Assembly (NCBI GenBank): GCA_041481445.1 | Contig: JBGPBV010000007.1 | Span: 5,365-69,364, forward strand | Source of the DNA: Vicinamibacteria bacterium | Lineage (GTDB): Bacteria > Acidobacteriota > Vicinamibacteria > Fen-336 | DNA length: 64,000 nt | Direction of reading: 5' to 3' | Shown here: positions 1 through 9,082 of the stretch, one piece after another | Position numbering within the stretch: the first letter of the stretch is position 1 | How the letters are laid out: every line of letters begins with the position of its first letter | Notes under the pieces: model-generated | What the model saw: only the letters and a program-made list of their open reading frames with translations | Told to the model about the DNA's origin: nothing | Database searches by the model: none | Made by a program: the position numbers and the translations under genes

Positions 1-1
1 C

Positions 2-199
2 ACCGGCCCCGCCGAGCGGCGGCTGATGATGATGGGGGCGTCGATCCTGGCCGTGGTGGCGGTGGTCGCGTTCTTGTGGCCGCGGATGCTGGCCTGGCCG
101 GTGGGCGCCCTCTGCCTGTGGTTCGCGGCCGCCCTGCTCCAGCGCGCGGCGCGGCTGCGTTCCAACCAGGCCCCCGAGCGTCCTCGCTCTTCGACCTGA
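2..199 (+). CDS. C-terminal fragment of an upstream gene, hydrophobic (membrane protein); stop TGA at 197-199
   Basis: Open frame from the window edge with a hydrophobic stretch (LAVVAVVAFLW...LCLWFAAALL) and high GC3. The gene is cut by the window start. Confidence 0.3.
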   Translation, partial: TGPAERRLMMMGASILAVVAVVAFLWPRMLAWPVGALCLWFAAALLQRAARLRSNQAPERPRSST

Positions 200-215
200 G
201 ACCCTCCGCGCCCGG

Positions 216-2048
216 TCAGCGCGAGGCGGTGATCCGTCGCAGCGCGGCCTGCGCGGCCTGGCGCACGTCGGAGTCGGAATCGTGCTCGGCGGCCACGAGC
301 GCGCTCACCGCGGCCGCGGCCGGTGGCCCGATGGCATCGAGGGCCATCGCGGCCTCCAGGCGCAGCTTCTCGCTCCGATCGGACAGGGCGGCGGCAAGGG
401 CCTCCGCGGCGGGGGCGGCGGCCGGGCCCAGCTTCCCGAGCGCGCGCGCGGCGCGCCAGCGGCCTTCGCCCTCGCCGTGCGCGAGGACCTCGCGGAGGCC
501 GGCCACGACCACAGGGTCGCCTCGCCCGATGTTGCCGAGCGCGCGCACGGCGACGGTGCGGACGCCCGTCACCGGATCCTTCAGGCGGAGGACCAGCGCC
601 GGCGCCGCCCCGGAGGCGGCGGGTCCGGCCACCCCCAGCGTCCAGGCCGCGAACGCGCGGATGTAGGGGTCCGGGTTGTCGAGCGTGTCGATCAGCCACG
701 GCACGTCCGCCGCCGCCCCCGCGCCACTGGCGGCGAGGGTGTCCGCCGCCGCCCACCTCACCGACTCGGAGGGATCGTGGAGGAGCGCGCGCAGTCGTTC
801 GTACGCCGCGCCGGGCGGGGGATGGCCGTCGGCGAGGGCGCCGAGCGCGCGCGCCGACTCCAGGCGCACGCTCGCCTCGCCGTCGGCCAGGCCGAGGGCG
901 AGCGCGGATACCCCGCCCGGAGTGGCGGGCCGCCGCCGGCCCAGCGCCCAGGCCGCCTCACGGCGTACGTCCGGCGACGGGTCCGCGACCAGCGCCACAA
1001 GGGCGGCCGCCGAGGCACGCTCCACTTCCGGCGGTGCGCCCGCCGCGGCGAGGGCGGCCCGGAAAGGGCCGATGGCGGTGGCCTCCGCGGGTACGATGGT
1101 CGCGGCGAGCACGGCCTCCGCCACCCGCGCGCTTCCGAGCGGCGTGAGGTGGAGACGGTCCATGAACGCCGACGGACCGAGCGCACGCAGGCCGGGCTGC
1201 ACGTCGATGACGGGCACGCCCTCCGCGCGCAGGAAGTCGTCGATCCGCGTCTCCGGGATGGGCGGCGGCGGAGAGGGCCCGACCTGGTCGGCGTCCGGAA
1301 GGACCATCACGGCCAGGCGCGCCCCGTCCTGCCGCACGTCGTCGGCCAGGGCGCGAAGCTCCGCGAACATCTTCTGGAACGCGGACGACACCTTGGCCGG
1401 CTCGGGCTGCCGGTAGAGCTCGTCGATGCTGCGGATCTCGCGGCCCTCGGCGTCGACCACACGCCGGACGAGGGCCGAGCGCTTGAAGAGCTCGACCAGG
1501 AGCGGCGGCGGCCGCGACAGGTTGTTGTGGAGGTCCTCGAGGTCGTTCAGGACCACGGCCAGCACGACGGCGTCGGGACGGTAGCGGCGCGCGATCCGCT
1601 CGTAGGCGTAGCGCTCCTGCCGCGTGGACCATCCGAGCAGGGCGACGTTGAACGCCTCGAGGCCGGGGCCGCGGGCGTCCGCCATCCGCTGCAGCGCTTG
1701 CGGCCAGGCCTCCTCGCGGGGGAAGCCGTAGCCCAGGGTCACGCTGTCGCCCAGGCAGACCAGCCGGAACGTGTGCGGCGGCTTCTCGATCGGATGGTGG
1801 CGGTCGCGCAGGCCGTCGGCGTTGACGTCCTGGACCGGCCATCCCACCGCCTCCGACTTCACGACGTAGAAGTCGCCGTTCCATTCCGTGTCCCAGTCCA
1901 GACCGCGGGTGTCCGCGAGGGGACGCGGCGCGGCCGGCTTCTCGAGCCAGCGGGCGACGGCCTCGGCGCCGCCCGCAACCACGACGGTCACGGCGAGGCT
2001 GAGCGAGAGGTTGACGAGCCACCCGCGCCACCCCCCGGCCCCTTTCAC
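216..2048 (-). CDS. Membrane-anchored SGNH/GDSL hydrolase fused to C-terminal HEAT (PBS-lyase-like) repeats
   Basis: N-terminal TM helix. GDS block LVCLGDSVTLGYG in an SGNH-like domain. C-terminal repeats of the DPSxxVRxxAAxALG type (DPSPDVRREAAWALG, DGEASVRLESARALG, DSDSDVRQAAQAAL). Confidence 0.55.
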   Translation of the reverse strand: MKGAGGWRGWLVNLSLSLAVTVVVAGGAEAVARWLEKPAAPRPLADTRGLDWDTEWNGDFYVVKSEAVGWPVQDVNADGLRDRHHPIEKPPHTFRLVCLGDSVTLGYGFPREEAWPQALQRMADARGPGLEAFNVALLGWSTRQERYAYERIARRYRPDAVVLAVVLNDLEDLHNNLSRPPPLLVELFKRSALVRRVVDAEGREIRSIDELYRQPEPAKVSSAFQKMFAELRALADDVRQDGARLAVMVLPDADQVGPSPPPPIPETRIDDFLRAEGVPVIDVQPGLRALGPSAFMDRLHLTPLGSARVAEAVLAATIVPAEATAIGPFRAALAAAGAPPEVERASAAALVALVADPSPDVRREAAWALGRRRPATPGGVSALALGLADGEASVRLESARALGALADGHPPPGAAYERLRALLHDPSESVRWAAADTLAASGAGAAADVPWLIDTLDNPDPYIRAFAAWTLGVAGPAASGAAPALVLRLKDPVTGVRTVAVRALGNIGRGDPVVVAGLREVLAHGEGEGRWRAARALGKLGPAAAPAAEALAAALSDRSEKLRLEAAMALDAIGPPAAAAVSALVAAEHDSDSDVRQAAQAALRRITASR

Positions 2049-2140
2049 CGCCGCTCCCTCCGCGCTGGCACGAGGCGATGATAGGGCGGTTCGCGCCGCG
2101 CGCAGTTGACGCCCGCGCCGGCTCGGCCTACGGTCGCGGC

Positions 2141-2923
2141 ATGCCGCGCTTCAAGCTGACCCTCGAGTACGTGGGCACCCGCTACCGCGGGTGGCAGGTC
2201 CAGAAGAACGCGCGGACGGTGGCGGGCGAGCTGCAGGGGGCCATCCGGGCCGCGGCCGGGCGCGAGCCGGGCGAGCTCTACGGCTCCGGCCGAACGGATG
2301 CCGGCGTCCACGCCCTGCACCAGGTCGCGCACGTCGACCTGGAGACGCGGATGCCTCCGCCGCAGCTCCTCTGGCGCATCAACGAGGAGCTGCCGGCCGA
2401 CATCAACCTGCTGGCCCTGGAGCCCGCGCCGCATCGCTTCCACGCCCGCCACGCCGCCGTAGCCCGCAGCTACCTCTACCAGATCGCCCGCCGGAGGACC
2501 GCGCTGGGCAAGCCGTTCGTCTGGTGGGTGAAGGACGCCCTCGACGCCGCGGCCATGGCGCGGGCGGCCCGCCGCTTCGAGGGCCTCCACGACTTCCAGT
2601 CCTTCACGGACCAGGCCGCGGAGGACGGCTCGACCAGGGTCAAGGTCGGCGCGGTCGAGGTGCGCGCGGAGGGCGCGCTGATCCTGATCCGCATCGTGGG
2701 CTCGCACTTCCTCTGGAAGATGGTCCGGCGCATGGTCGGCGTGCTGGCGGAGGTCGGCCGCGGCGCCCTCGACGAGACCGACGTCAGCCGCCTGCTGGGC
2801 GCGCCCGACGGCGCGGCGGCGGTGGCCCCCCTCACCGCGCCGCCGTCCGGCCTCTTCCTCGAGCGCGTCCTCTACGAGGGCGACCCGGAGCCGGGTCCGC
2901 TGCGGGCGGTGCTGGCGCTGTGA
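2141..2923 (+). CDS. truA: tRNA pseudouridine(38-40) synthase TruA
   Basis: MPRFKLTLEYVGTRYRGWQVQ is the canonical TruA N-terminus. ATG at 2141 inside the longer track ORF 2078..2923. Confidence 0.85.
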   Translation: MPRFKLTLEYVGTRYRGWQVQKNARTVAGELQGAIRAAAGREPGELYGSGRTDAGVHALHQVAHVDLETRMPPPQLLWRINEELPADINLLALEPAPHRFHARHAAVARSYLYQIARRRTALGKPFVWWVKDALDAAAMARAARRFEGLHDFQSFTDQAAEDGSTRVKVGAVEVRAEGALILIRIVGSHFLWKMVRRMVGVLAEVGRGALDETDVSRLLGAPDGAAAVAPLTAPPSGLFLERVLYEGDPEPGPLRAVLAL

Positions 2924-4002
2924 AAGGGCGGGCGGTCGCGCGCGTGCTCGCCGGCCTCGCTCTCCTCGCGGGGGCGGGCGCGGGCGATCTCCGCGCCGAG
3001 AGCTACGAGGACCTCGTGCGCGCCTCGGTGCGCGGCGACGTCATCGCGGCCGACCGCCTTGCCACCTGGCCGCGCTCCGACCTGCAGCTCCAGTTGAAGT
3101 GGCTGCGCGAGATGCGCGCCTGCGCGCAATGCGGCGAGCGCGCGCTCGCGGACCGGTTCCCGTTCCTGGGGGCCGTCCTCCTCCACACCGACCGCGCGTT
3201 CCGGGACGACGAGGCCGCACGCACCGAGTCACGGGACTTCCATCTCGACTTCGCGCTCGACCTGCTGGAGGCGGCGCCGCCGGCCGTCCGCCAGTTCGAG
3301 CCGGCCTGGTTCCTGGTCGTGGGCGATCATTTCCTGCAATTCATCGAGACGCCGGAAGCGCGCCGGTATTTCGCGGCCGGCCTCTCCCGATTCCCGGGCG
3401 ACGTGCGGCTCCGCATCGGAGAGGGGGCCGCCTTCGAGGCGGAGGCCCGGCTGACTCCGCTGCCCGACATCGTCTACTCGGGCGGATCGCCGACGCGAGT
3501 CCTGCTGGAAGATGCCAGCGCGCGCCGGAGCCTCTTCGTCCAGGCCGAGTCGGCCTTCCGGCGCGCCGCCGAGCTCGCCCCTGAATCCGCGGAGGCACGC
3601 CTGCGCCGCGGCCACGTCCTCATCGACCTCGGGAAGCAGGAGGAGGCCCGGCGCGAGCTGGCCTGGGTCCAGGACCACGTCCCCGCGGGCGACCTTCACT
3701 CCCTGGCCGCCCTCTTCCTCGGCCGGGCCGACGAGAAGGCGGGCCGCTGGGAAAGCGCGGCGACGCAGTTCCGCGAGGCGGCCCGCACCGGTCCGCCCGG
3801 GGCGCGCGCCGCCTACGTGGCGCTGGCCCATGCCCTCGACCGGCTGGGGCGCGCGCCGGAGGCGCAGGAGGTGGTGGACTCGCTGCTCGCCCGTCCCACC
3901 CGCGACGATCCGTTCGACGGCTACATCGTGGGACCGGCCGACGAGAAGGAGCGCCTCGTCGCGGAGATGCAGGCGGCCGCGCGTGCGAGCGCCGCCCCAT
4001 GA
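2920..4002 (+). CDS. Secreted TPR-like repeat protein (hypothetical)
   Basis: GTG 2920 overlaps the truA stop (GTGA). Signal-peptide-like N-terminus VKGRAVARVLAGLALLAGAGA, helical repeat content, ATGA overlap with the downstream VWA gene. The long 2191..4002 track ORF upstream of 2920 is frame noise over truA. Confidence 0.5.
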   Translation: MKGRAVARVLAGLALLAGAGAGDLRAESYEDLVRASVRGDVIAADRLATWPRSDLQLQLKWLREMRACAQCGERALADRFPFLGAVLLHTDRAFRDDEAARTESRDFHLDFALDLLEAAPPAVRQFEPAWFLVVGDHFLQFIETPEARRYFAAGLSRFPGDVRLRIGEGAAFEAEARLTPLPDIVYSGGSPTRVLLEDASARRSLFVQAESAFRRAAELAPESAEARLRRGHVLIDLGKQEEARRELAWVQDHVPAGDLHSLAALFLGRADEKAGRWESAATQFREAARTGPPGARAAYVALAHALDRLGRAPEAQEVVDSLLARPTRDDPFDGYIVGPADEKERLVAEMQAAARASAAP

Positions 4003-4904
4003 TCGGCACCGTCCTGCTCGCCGCCGTCACCGCCTCGCCGCCGCCCGTGTTCAGGGCCTCCGTCGAGAAGGTCTACGTGGACGCGTTCGTCAGCCGCGGC
4101 GGCCAGGCCGTCCGCGGCCTGCGCGAGAGCGACTTCGAGCTGCGCGACGACGGAGTGCCGCAGGCGGTGGAGCTGGTCGCCCTGGAACAGGCGCCCCTCA
4201 CCGTCGTCCTCGCCCTCGACACGAGCGGCAGCGTGGCCGGCCGCATGCTGGACGCCTTGCGCGCGGCCGCGCGCGCCCTGGTCGAGGGTCTCCCTGCCCG
4301 GGACCACGTCGGCCTGCTCACGTTCAGCCATCGCCTCGACCTGCGCGCGGGCCCGCAGGCCACGCGCGCGGAGATCCTGGGGGCGCTCGACCACCTGGAG
4401 GCGACGGGGGCGACGGCCCTGCACGACGCGATCTATGCCGCCATGCGCCTGTCCTCGCCCGAGGACCGCCGCTTGGTCGTGGTCTTCAGCGACGGCGCCG
4501 ACAACCGGAGCTGGCTCTCCGCGGACGACGTGCGCGAGGCCAGCCGCCGCACGGGCGCGGTCGTGTACGCGGTCTGCCGGGGCCCGCAGCCGGCGGCGGT
4601 CGTGGACGGCCCCCTCCGCGCCCCGCCGCCCGCGCGCGAGAGCGGCTCCGTGCGCGAGCTGCGGCTGCTGGCGGAGTCCACGGGCGGCCTGTTCCTCGAC
4701 GGCGCCGATCCCGCCGGCGTCCGCGCGCGCTTCCAGAGGGTGCTCGAGGACATGAGCACGCGCTACCTGCTGGCCTTCGTCCCGACCGGACGCCGCGCGG
4801 GCACGCACCGGCTGGAGGTGAAGGTGCGCGCCGGCAAGGGCACCGTGCGCTGCCGGCGCAGCTACGTCGTGGCCCCTCAGTTGCCGTCGGCGGGCACGAA
4901 ATAG
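3999..4904 (+). CDS. VWA (von Willebrand factor A) domain protein
   Basis: MIDAS-like DTSGS motif (LALDTSGSVAG) in a Rossmann-like VWA pattern. N-terminal anchor. Coupled to the upstream TPR gene. Confidence 0.7.
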   Translation: MIGTVLLAAVTASPPPVFRASVEKVYVDAFVSRGGQAVRGLRESDFELRDDGVPQAVELVALEQAPLTVVLALDTSGSVAGRMLDALRAAARALVEGLPARDHVGLLTFSHRLDLRAGPQATRAEILGALDHLEATGATALHDAIYAAMRLSSPEDRRLVVVFSDGADNRSWLSADDVREASRRTGAVVYAVCRGPQPAAVVDGPLRAPPPARESGSVRELRLLAESTGGLFLDGADPAGVRARFQRVLEDMSTRYLLAFVPTGRRAGTHRLEVKVRAGKGTVRCRRSYVVAPQLPSAGTK

Positions 4905-5368
4905 ACGAGCGCGCCCGCCCCGCGCGTCTCCCCCGGTGGTCCGGTGTTCGTGACGACGTACATGAGCTTCACGGTCTGTGGCGGCCGCACGTAGTAGGCG
5001 CCCGAGTTCTGGAAGAAGGCCGGGTTGGCCGCGAGATCGCCCTTGCGCATGTGGAAGAGCCGGACGTCGTCGACCATGAGGATGAGGTCCGTCCCCAGCG
5101 CCTCCGAGCCGATGCGGTAGTTCCAGCCGAGGATGTAGACGGCGCTGGGCGGCGTCCAGGTCTTCTCGCGGACGACCTTCTGCCCCTGGCCGATCGCCTC
5201 GCTCGGGATGTCCAGCCCCTCGACGGACAGCGGGCGGAGCCGCGAGCGGTCGGGCACGGCCGCGCGCACGACCAGGACGGCCAGGAGCAGCAGCGTCCCG
5301 ACCACGGCCAGGAATTCCGTGCGGTGGACCTGGATCGTCGGGCCACGCCAGCCGGAGGGCGAGCTCAT
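4877..5368 (-). CDS. Hypothetical membrane-anchored protein
   Basis: ORF with one N-terminal TM segment (FLAVVGTLLLLAVLVV) and high GC3. ATGA coupling to the upstream gene (5365). Confidence 0.4.
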   Translation of the reverse strand: MSSPSGWRGPTIQVHRTEFLAVVGTLLLLAVLVVRAAVPDRSRLRPLSVEGLDIPSEAIGQGQKVVREKTWTPPSAVYILGWNYRIGSEALGTDLILMVDDVRLFHMRKGDLAANPAFFQNSGAYYVRPPQTVKLMYVVTNTGPPGETRGAGALVYFVPADGN

Positions 5369-5952
5369 CCGTGGCTCGCCTGGCGGACGACCTCCGGACC
5401 GAGGATCTCCGCCAGACGCGTCTCCACGTGGTGCCGGACGTGGGCGAGCGCGGGGCCGGTCTCACCCGGCGCCAGCGCCGCTTCGATCCTCTCGGTCCAC
5501 GCGCGCAACACGACGCACCACGTCAGTACCCGGCTCGCGAAGGCGCCCAGGCTGGCGTTGGCCTTCGCCTCCGCGGGCGTGGCCACGGTGACGTAGGTCT
5601 TTCGCGAGCGATCTCGAAGGCCCTTGAGGATCTCCGCGACCTGCGCGTAGAGGGCGACGAGGTCGAGGTCGGGTGCTCGGTCGAGCAGGAGCGTCATCAC
5701 GCCCTCGCCGCCCTCGGTGCCAACGCCGTCACGGTACGTGACGATCTCGTGGAACTCTCGCTCGGCGGCCGCCAGGAAGGCCCGCTCGTCCGGGGTATCG
5801 CGCGCGGCCGAAGCCAGTTCTCTCACGCCGTCGCGCGCCAGGTCCACCGCCGCCGCCGCGAACCGAATGGACGCGACGATCGACGCCGGCGCGCCGGGCG
5901 TCTGGAGCCGGAGGAGCTCACGGCGCGCCTGTCGATGGGCCTCGTCGATCAT
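5365..5952 (-). CDS. Hypothetical protein (His/Glu-rich helical; possibly hemerythrin-like)
   Basis: In-frame ATG (MIDEAHRQ...) inside the spurious 593-aa track ORF. Coding-like codon usage. No confident family match. Confidence 0.35.
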   Translation of the reverse strand: MIDEAHRQARRELLRLQTPGAPASIVASIRFAAAAVDLARDGVRELASAARDTPDERAFLAAAEREFHEIVTYRDGVGTEGGEGVMTLLLDRAPDLDLVALYAQVAEILKGLRDRSRKTYVTVATPAEAKANASLGAFASRVLTWCVVLRAWTERIEAALAPGETGPALAHVRHHVETRLAEILGPEVVRQASHG

Positions 5953-6122
5953 GGAGAGGCGCGCGGTCGAGTTTGGTCTTCGGCCTGCGAATTGACGAAC
6001 CGCGCAACCCGAGACTATACGATCTCGCACCCCATGGTTACCGACACTCTCACGGAGGAGGCCTATGGCGCGATGCGCATCGACGGCAGCCCCGTCTCGG
6101 CCTTGACGTTGACTGCGTCCCG

Positions 6123-7961
6123 TCAGGGCCCGATGTAACTGGCCCGCCGCGACTCGAACTCGTCCCAGTAGAGCGTGCCGTTCGCGGTGGGCTTGACGTT
6201 GAGCGCGCCCATGCGCATGAAGTCGACCGAGCTGCGGCTGTTGGCCAGGCCGGTGAGCTGCGACTGGGACACGCCGTCGATCCACAGCTCGAAGGTCCCG
6301 TCGTTCGCGATCGCCGAGCTCGAGCGCTTCCAGTCCAGCTCGACGGAATGCGGGCCGTCGCTGATCGGGAAGAAGCCGGTGTCGGCCTGGCTGTCGTCGT
6401 CCAGCCGGCACCGACCCTCGATCGAGTAGGCGCCGCTGAGGCGCTTGAGCACGATGGCGGCCAGGCGGCGGGTGGGCGCCTCCTCGAAGACGATGAAGAG
6501 GCGCGTGCGGCGGGCCCCGCCCGTCTCGCCGGGGTCGTAGCTGTTGGTGTCGAAGTAGAACCGCGCGCGGTAGCGGTCCTCGTCGAGCGGGCTGTCGTCC
6601 TCGACGAACAGGCTGGCGGTGTCGTTGACCGTCCCCTTGAGGCCCACGGACGTCAACCGCATGGCCGCCAGCACCGACGGGACGAGGTCCCCGCCGCCGG
6701 TGGAGGAGGAGGACCAGGCCGACAGATCCGCGGACTCGAAGCCGTCCCTGAAGATCAGGTCGCGGGCGAACTCCCGGGCGAACACGCCGTACCCCGAGCC
6801 GTCCTGGCCGTTGCTGTTCCAGGCAACGACGAAGCGGCCATCCAGTTGTGACGTCACCGCCGGTAGACGCTGCTTGCCCGTGGTGTACGTGTTGACCTGG
6901 AACTCGTCGCCCTCGGGTGAACCGGTGGCATCGAGGGCGCGGGCGAAGATCCCGTATTGACTGCCGTCCTGCTGCGCGGACTCCCAGACGACCACGAAGC
7001 GGCCGTCGGCGGAGGCGGAGACGCGAGGCACCGCCTGGCCGCCGGTCGTGTACTGGTTCACCTGGAATTCCGGGCCGGGGGCGCCGCTCGGATCGTACTT
7101 CCGGGCGAACACGCCGGCGGTGCCGTTCTGACCATTGCTCTTCCACGCGACGAGAAAGCCTCCGTCGCCGCTCACGGCCACGCTCGGGCTGTCCTGGTTG
7201 CCGGTGGTGTAGGCGTTGGCCCGGAAGCTTCCTTGCGGCACACCCGCCGCGTTGAACCGGCGGCCGAACACTCCGCGTCCGCTCCCATCCCGCGCGCCAT
7301 CGCTCCAGACGACGACGAAGTCGCCCGTCGCGTTCATGCTGACGAAAGGGTAGGCTTGCGCGCCCGTCGTGTAGGTGTTGACGGCGAACTCAGCCCCCTG
7401 GGCGACGCCGGCCGCATCGTACCGTTGCGCGAAGAGGCCTTCGCTGGTTCCGTCCTGAAAGGCGCTCTGCCAGACCACGACGAAGTTGCCGGACCCGTCC
7501 ATGGCAACGGTCGGGTAGTTCTGGCTGTTCGTGGTGTAGGTGTTGACTCGGAACTCGGGGCCAGGGGTCCCGTCGGACTTGAACCGCCGGCCGAACACGC
7601 CGTATTTGCTCCCATCCTGCGTGTAGCTCGGCCACACGACGACCAGATCGCCGGCGGCGTCGGAGGCGACCGACGGAAAGGTCTGGAGGTCGGTCGTGAA
7701 GGTGTTGACGCGGAACTCTCCCGAGCCCAGCGGCGTCCCCGAGGGCGAGAACCGGCGGGCAAAGGCATCGAAGTCGATGCCGTTCGAACCCGACCACGTC
7801 ACCACGAAGTTGCCCGCCGAGTCGGATGCGATCGCGGACTCCCACTGGAAATTCGTCGTATAGGTGTTGACCTGGAATTCAGGTCCGAGTGGGACCTGTG
7901 CCCACGCCCTCGTGGCGAGGAGGGTCCCTACCCAGCAGAAGGCCCAGAGTCGTGTGCGCAT
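6123..7961 (-). CDS. Secreted repeat protein: signal peptide, 7 tandem ~52-aa repeats (beta-propeller-like), C-terminal ConA/LamG-like domain
   Basis: Signal peptide MRTRLWAFCWVGTLLATRAWAQ. Seven repeats of E-F-[QR]-V-N-T-Y-T-T-x-x-Q-x-x-P-x-V-A-x(4)-G-x-F-V-V-V-W-x-S-x-x-Q-D-G-S-x-x-G-V-F-G-R-R-F. A ~210-aa C-terminal beta-rich domain. Confidence 0.6.
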   Translation of the reverse strand: MRTRLWAFCWVGTLLATRAWAQVPLGPEFQVNTYTTNFQWESAIASDSAGNFVVTWSGSNGIDFDAFARRFSPSGTPLGSGEFRVNTFTTDLQTFPSVASDAAGDLVVVWPSYTQDGSKYGVFGRRFKSDGTPGPEFRVNTYTTNSQNYPTVAMDGSGNFVVVWQSAFQDGTSEGLFAQRYDAAGVAQGAEFAVNTYTTGAQAYPFVSMNATGDFVVVWSDGARDGSGRGVFGRRFNAAGVPQGSFRANAYTTGNQDSPSVAVSGDGGFLVAWKSNGQNGTAGVFARKYDPSGAPGPEFQVNQYTTGGQAVPRVSASADGRFVVVWESAQQDGSQYGIFARALDATGSPEGDEFQVNTYTTGKQRLPAVTSQLDGRFVVAWNSNGQDGSGYGVFAREFARDLIFRDGFESADLSAWSSSSTGGGDLVPSVLAAMRLTSVGLKGTVNDTASLFVEDDSPLDEDRYRARFYFDTNSYDPGETGGARRTRLFIVFEEAPTRRLAAIVLKRLSGAYSIEGRCRLDDDSQADTGFFPISDGPHSVELDWKRSSSAIANDGTFELWIDGVSQSQLTGLANSRSSVDFMRMGALNVKPTANGTLYWDEFESRRASYIGP

Positions 7962-8143
7962 TCGGGATCTCCGTTCAGCGCGTCGTGGCCGCGGAGGAGG
8001 GAGGGGGAGATTCTGGGGTGCGGTGTCGAAGCTGTCAATGACCGCCGCGCGTGCCGGGGCGCCCGGCCGCGCCGGTCAGGGTCCGATGTAGACAAGGGTC
8101 TGACAACTTGCGGCCGTTGTCGTTTCAGATGAATAAATTGAAG

Positions 8144-8217
8144 TGGGCCTGGAAGGACTCGAACCTTCGACTAGCCGGTTATGAGCCGGCCGTTCTAACC
8201 AACTGAACTACAGGCCC
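8144..8217 (-). tRNA. tRNA-Met (anticodon CAT), elongator-type; tRNA-Ile2 (lysidine) not excluded
   Basis: Reverse complement GGGCCTGTAGTTCAGTTGGTTAGAACGGCCGGCTCATAACCGGCTAGTCGAAGGTTCGAGTCCTTCCAGGCCCA folds as a cloverleaf. 7-bp acceptor stem, GTTC/GAAC D-stem, anticodon loop CTCATAA, T-loop TTCGAGT. No initiator features (1-72 pair present, no GGG/CCC anticodon stem). CCA not encoded. Confidence 0.8.
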
Positions 8218-8234
8218 GGAGACAGGGTATCAGA

Positions 8235-9050
8235 TCAGCGCAGGGTCACGGAGCGGAAGACCCCGCCCGAGGCCCACTCGCGGAACCAGCGGAAGAGCTG
8301 AAGGGCGGTGGGCGCGCGCCGGCCTCCGCGGGAGAGTACGGACGCCACCGCCTTGCCGAGCGGCTTTCCCGCCACGAGATCGGAGAGGAGGCCATGCGCG
8401 TGGCGGGAGAGATCCTGGCGCCAGATCGAGTAGTTGCGGCGGTAGAGGGCCACCCAGGTGTCCTTGCGCGCAAAGGAGGGATGGCCGTGGTCTCCGTCGC
8501 GCACGCTCTGCAGGTAGGCGTTGACGGGATAGCGGAAGGAGAGCAGGCGGAAGGCCTCGATGGGAGCCAGGCGCGCGCGCTCCCACTTGTCGGCAGGCAC
8601 CGCCGCGATCTCCGCCTCGCCCAGCGGCGCCACCTCCGGCGCGTCGAAGACCTCGGCCATCGCCAGCTCCAGGCGCGCCAGGTCGTGGCACACCTCCGGT
8701 CGCTTGGCGCCCTTCCAGCGGGCCACGAAGGCGGGCAGGTGGTCGCCCAGGCGGTTCAGGGTGTACGAGACCGAGGGGTGGGCGGCGACGTAGTCGCGCA
8801 CGAGGTCGCCGAACCCACGGTCGCCCAGGTAGTGCTTGAGGGCGGGATAGTCCGATTCCAGCGCCTCCTCCATCCGGAGCAGGTACATGCCCTGGTAGAT
8901 CTCGACGCGCGACACGGGGTCGAGCGACCGCGAGGGCAGGATCACGTCGTCGATCGTCGCGCGGCCCAGCGCGCGTCGGGCGCGCGGCGAGGCCACCGCC
9001 GCCTTCACGTCGCCGGGATGGACCACGACCTCCTGCATCCAGCGCTGCAT
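8235..9050 (-). CDS. DUF2063-family partner protein of the MNIO (HvfC/BufC-like)
   Basis: 271-aa protein starting MQRWMQEVV in the lower part of the 589-aa track ORF. 32 nt downstream of the DUF692 gene. Size and position are typical of DUF2063 partners in MNIO RiPP operons. Confidence 0.6.
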   Translation of the reverse strand: MQRWMQEVVVHPGDVKAAVASPRARRALGRATIDDVILPSRSLDPVSRVEIYQGMYLLRMEEALESDYPALKHYLGDRGFGDLVRDYVAAHPSVSYTLNRLGDHLPAFVARWKGAKRPEVCHDLARLELAMAEVFDAPEVAPLGEAEIAAVPADKWERARLAPIEAFRLLSFRYPVNAYLQSVRDGDHGHPSFARKDTWVALYRRNYSIWRQDLSRHAHGLLSDLVAGKPLGKAVASVLSRGGRRAPTALQLFRWFREWASGGVFRSVTLR

Positions 9051-9082
9051 GCGCGGGAGGGGGACCCCGGCGGCGGCCGGCC

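Noticed and set aside
282-2081. 599-aa plus-strand ORF (and 323..1147, 958..2031 and others) overlapping the SGNH-HEAT gene
   Set aside because: These are Arg/Gly/Pro-rich translations typical of off-frame ORFs in 70% GC DNA. They have no domain content. The opposite-strand frame has coherent SGNH and HEAT motifs.
5365-7146. 593-aa minus-strand ORF spanning two genes
   Set aside because: Only the 3' 196 codons (from MIDEAHRQ) look coding. Upstream of that, the ORF runs antisense and off-frame through the real repeat-protein gene (6123..7961) and is Arg/Pro-rich.
8053-8067. Short hairpin GCCGGG-GCG-CCCGGC downstream of the tRNA
   Set aside because: The stem is only 6 bp with no following U-tract on the tRNA strand. 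It is indistinguishable from chance GC-rich palindromes.
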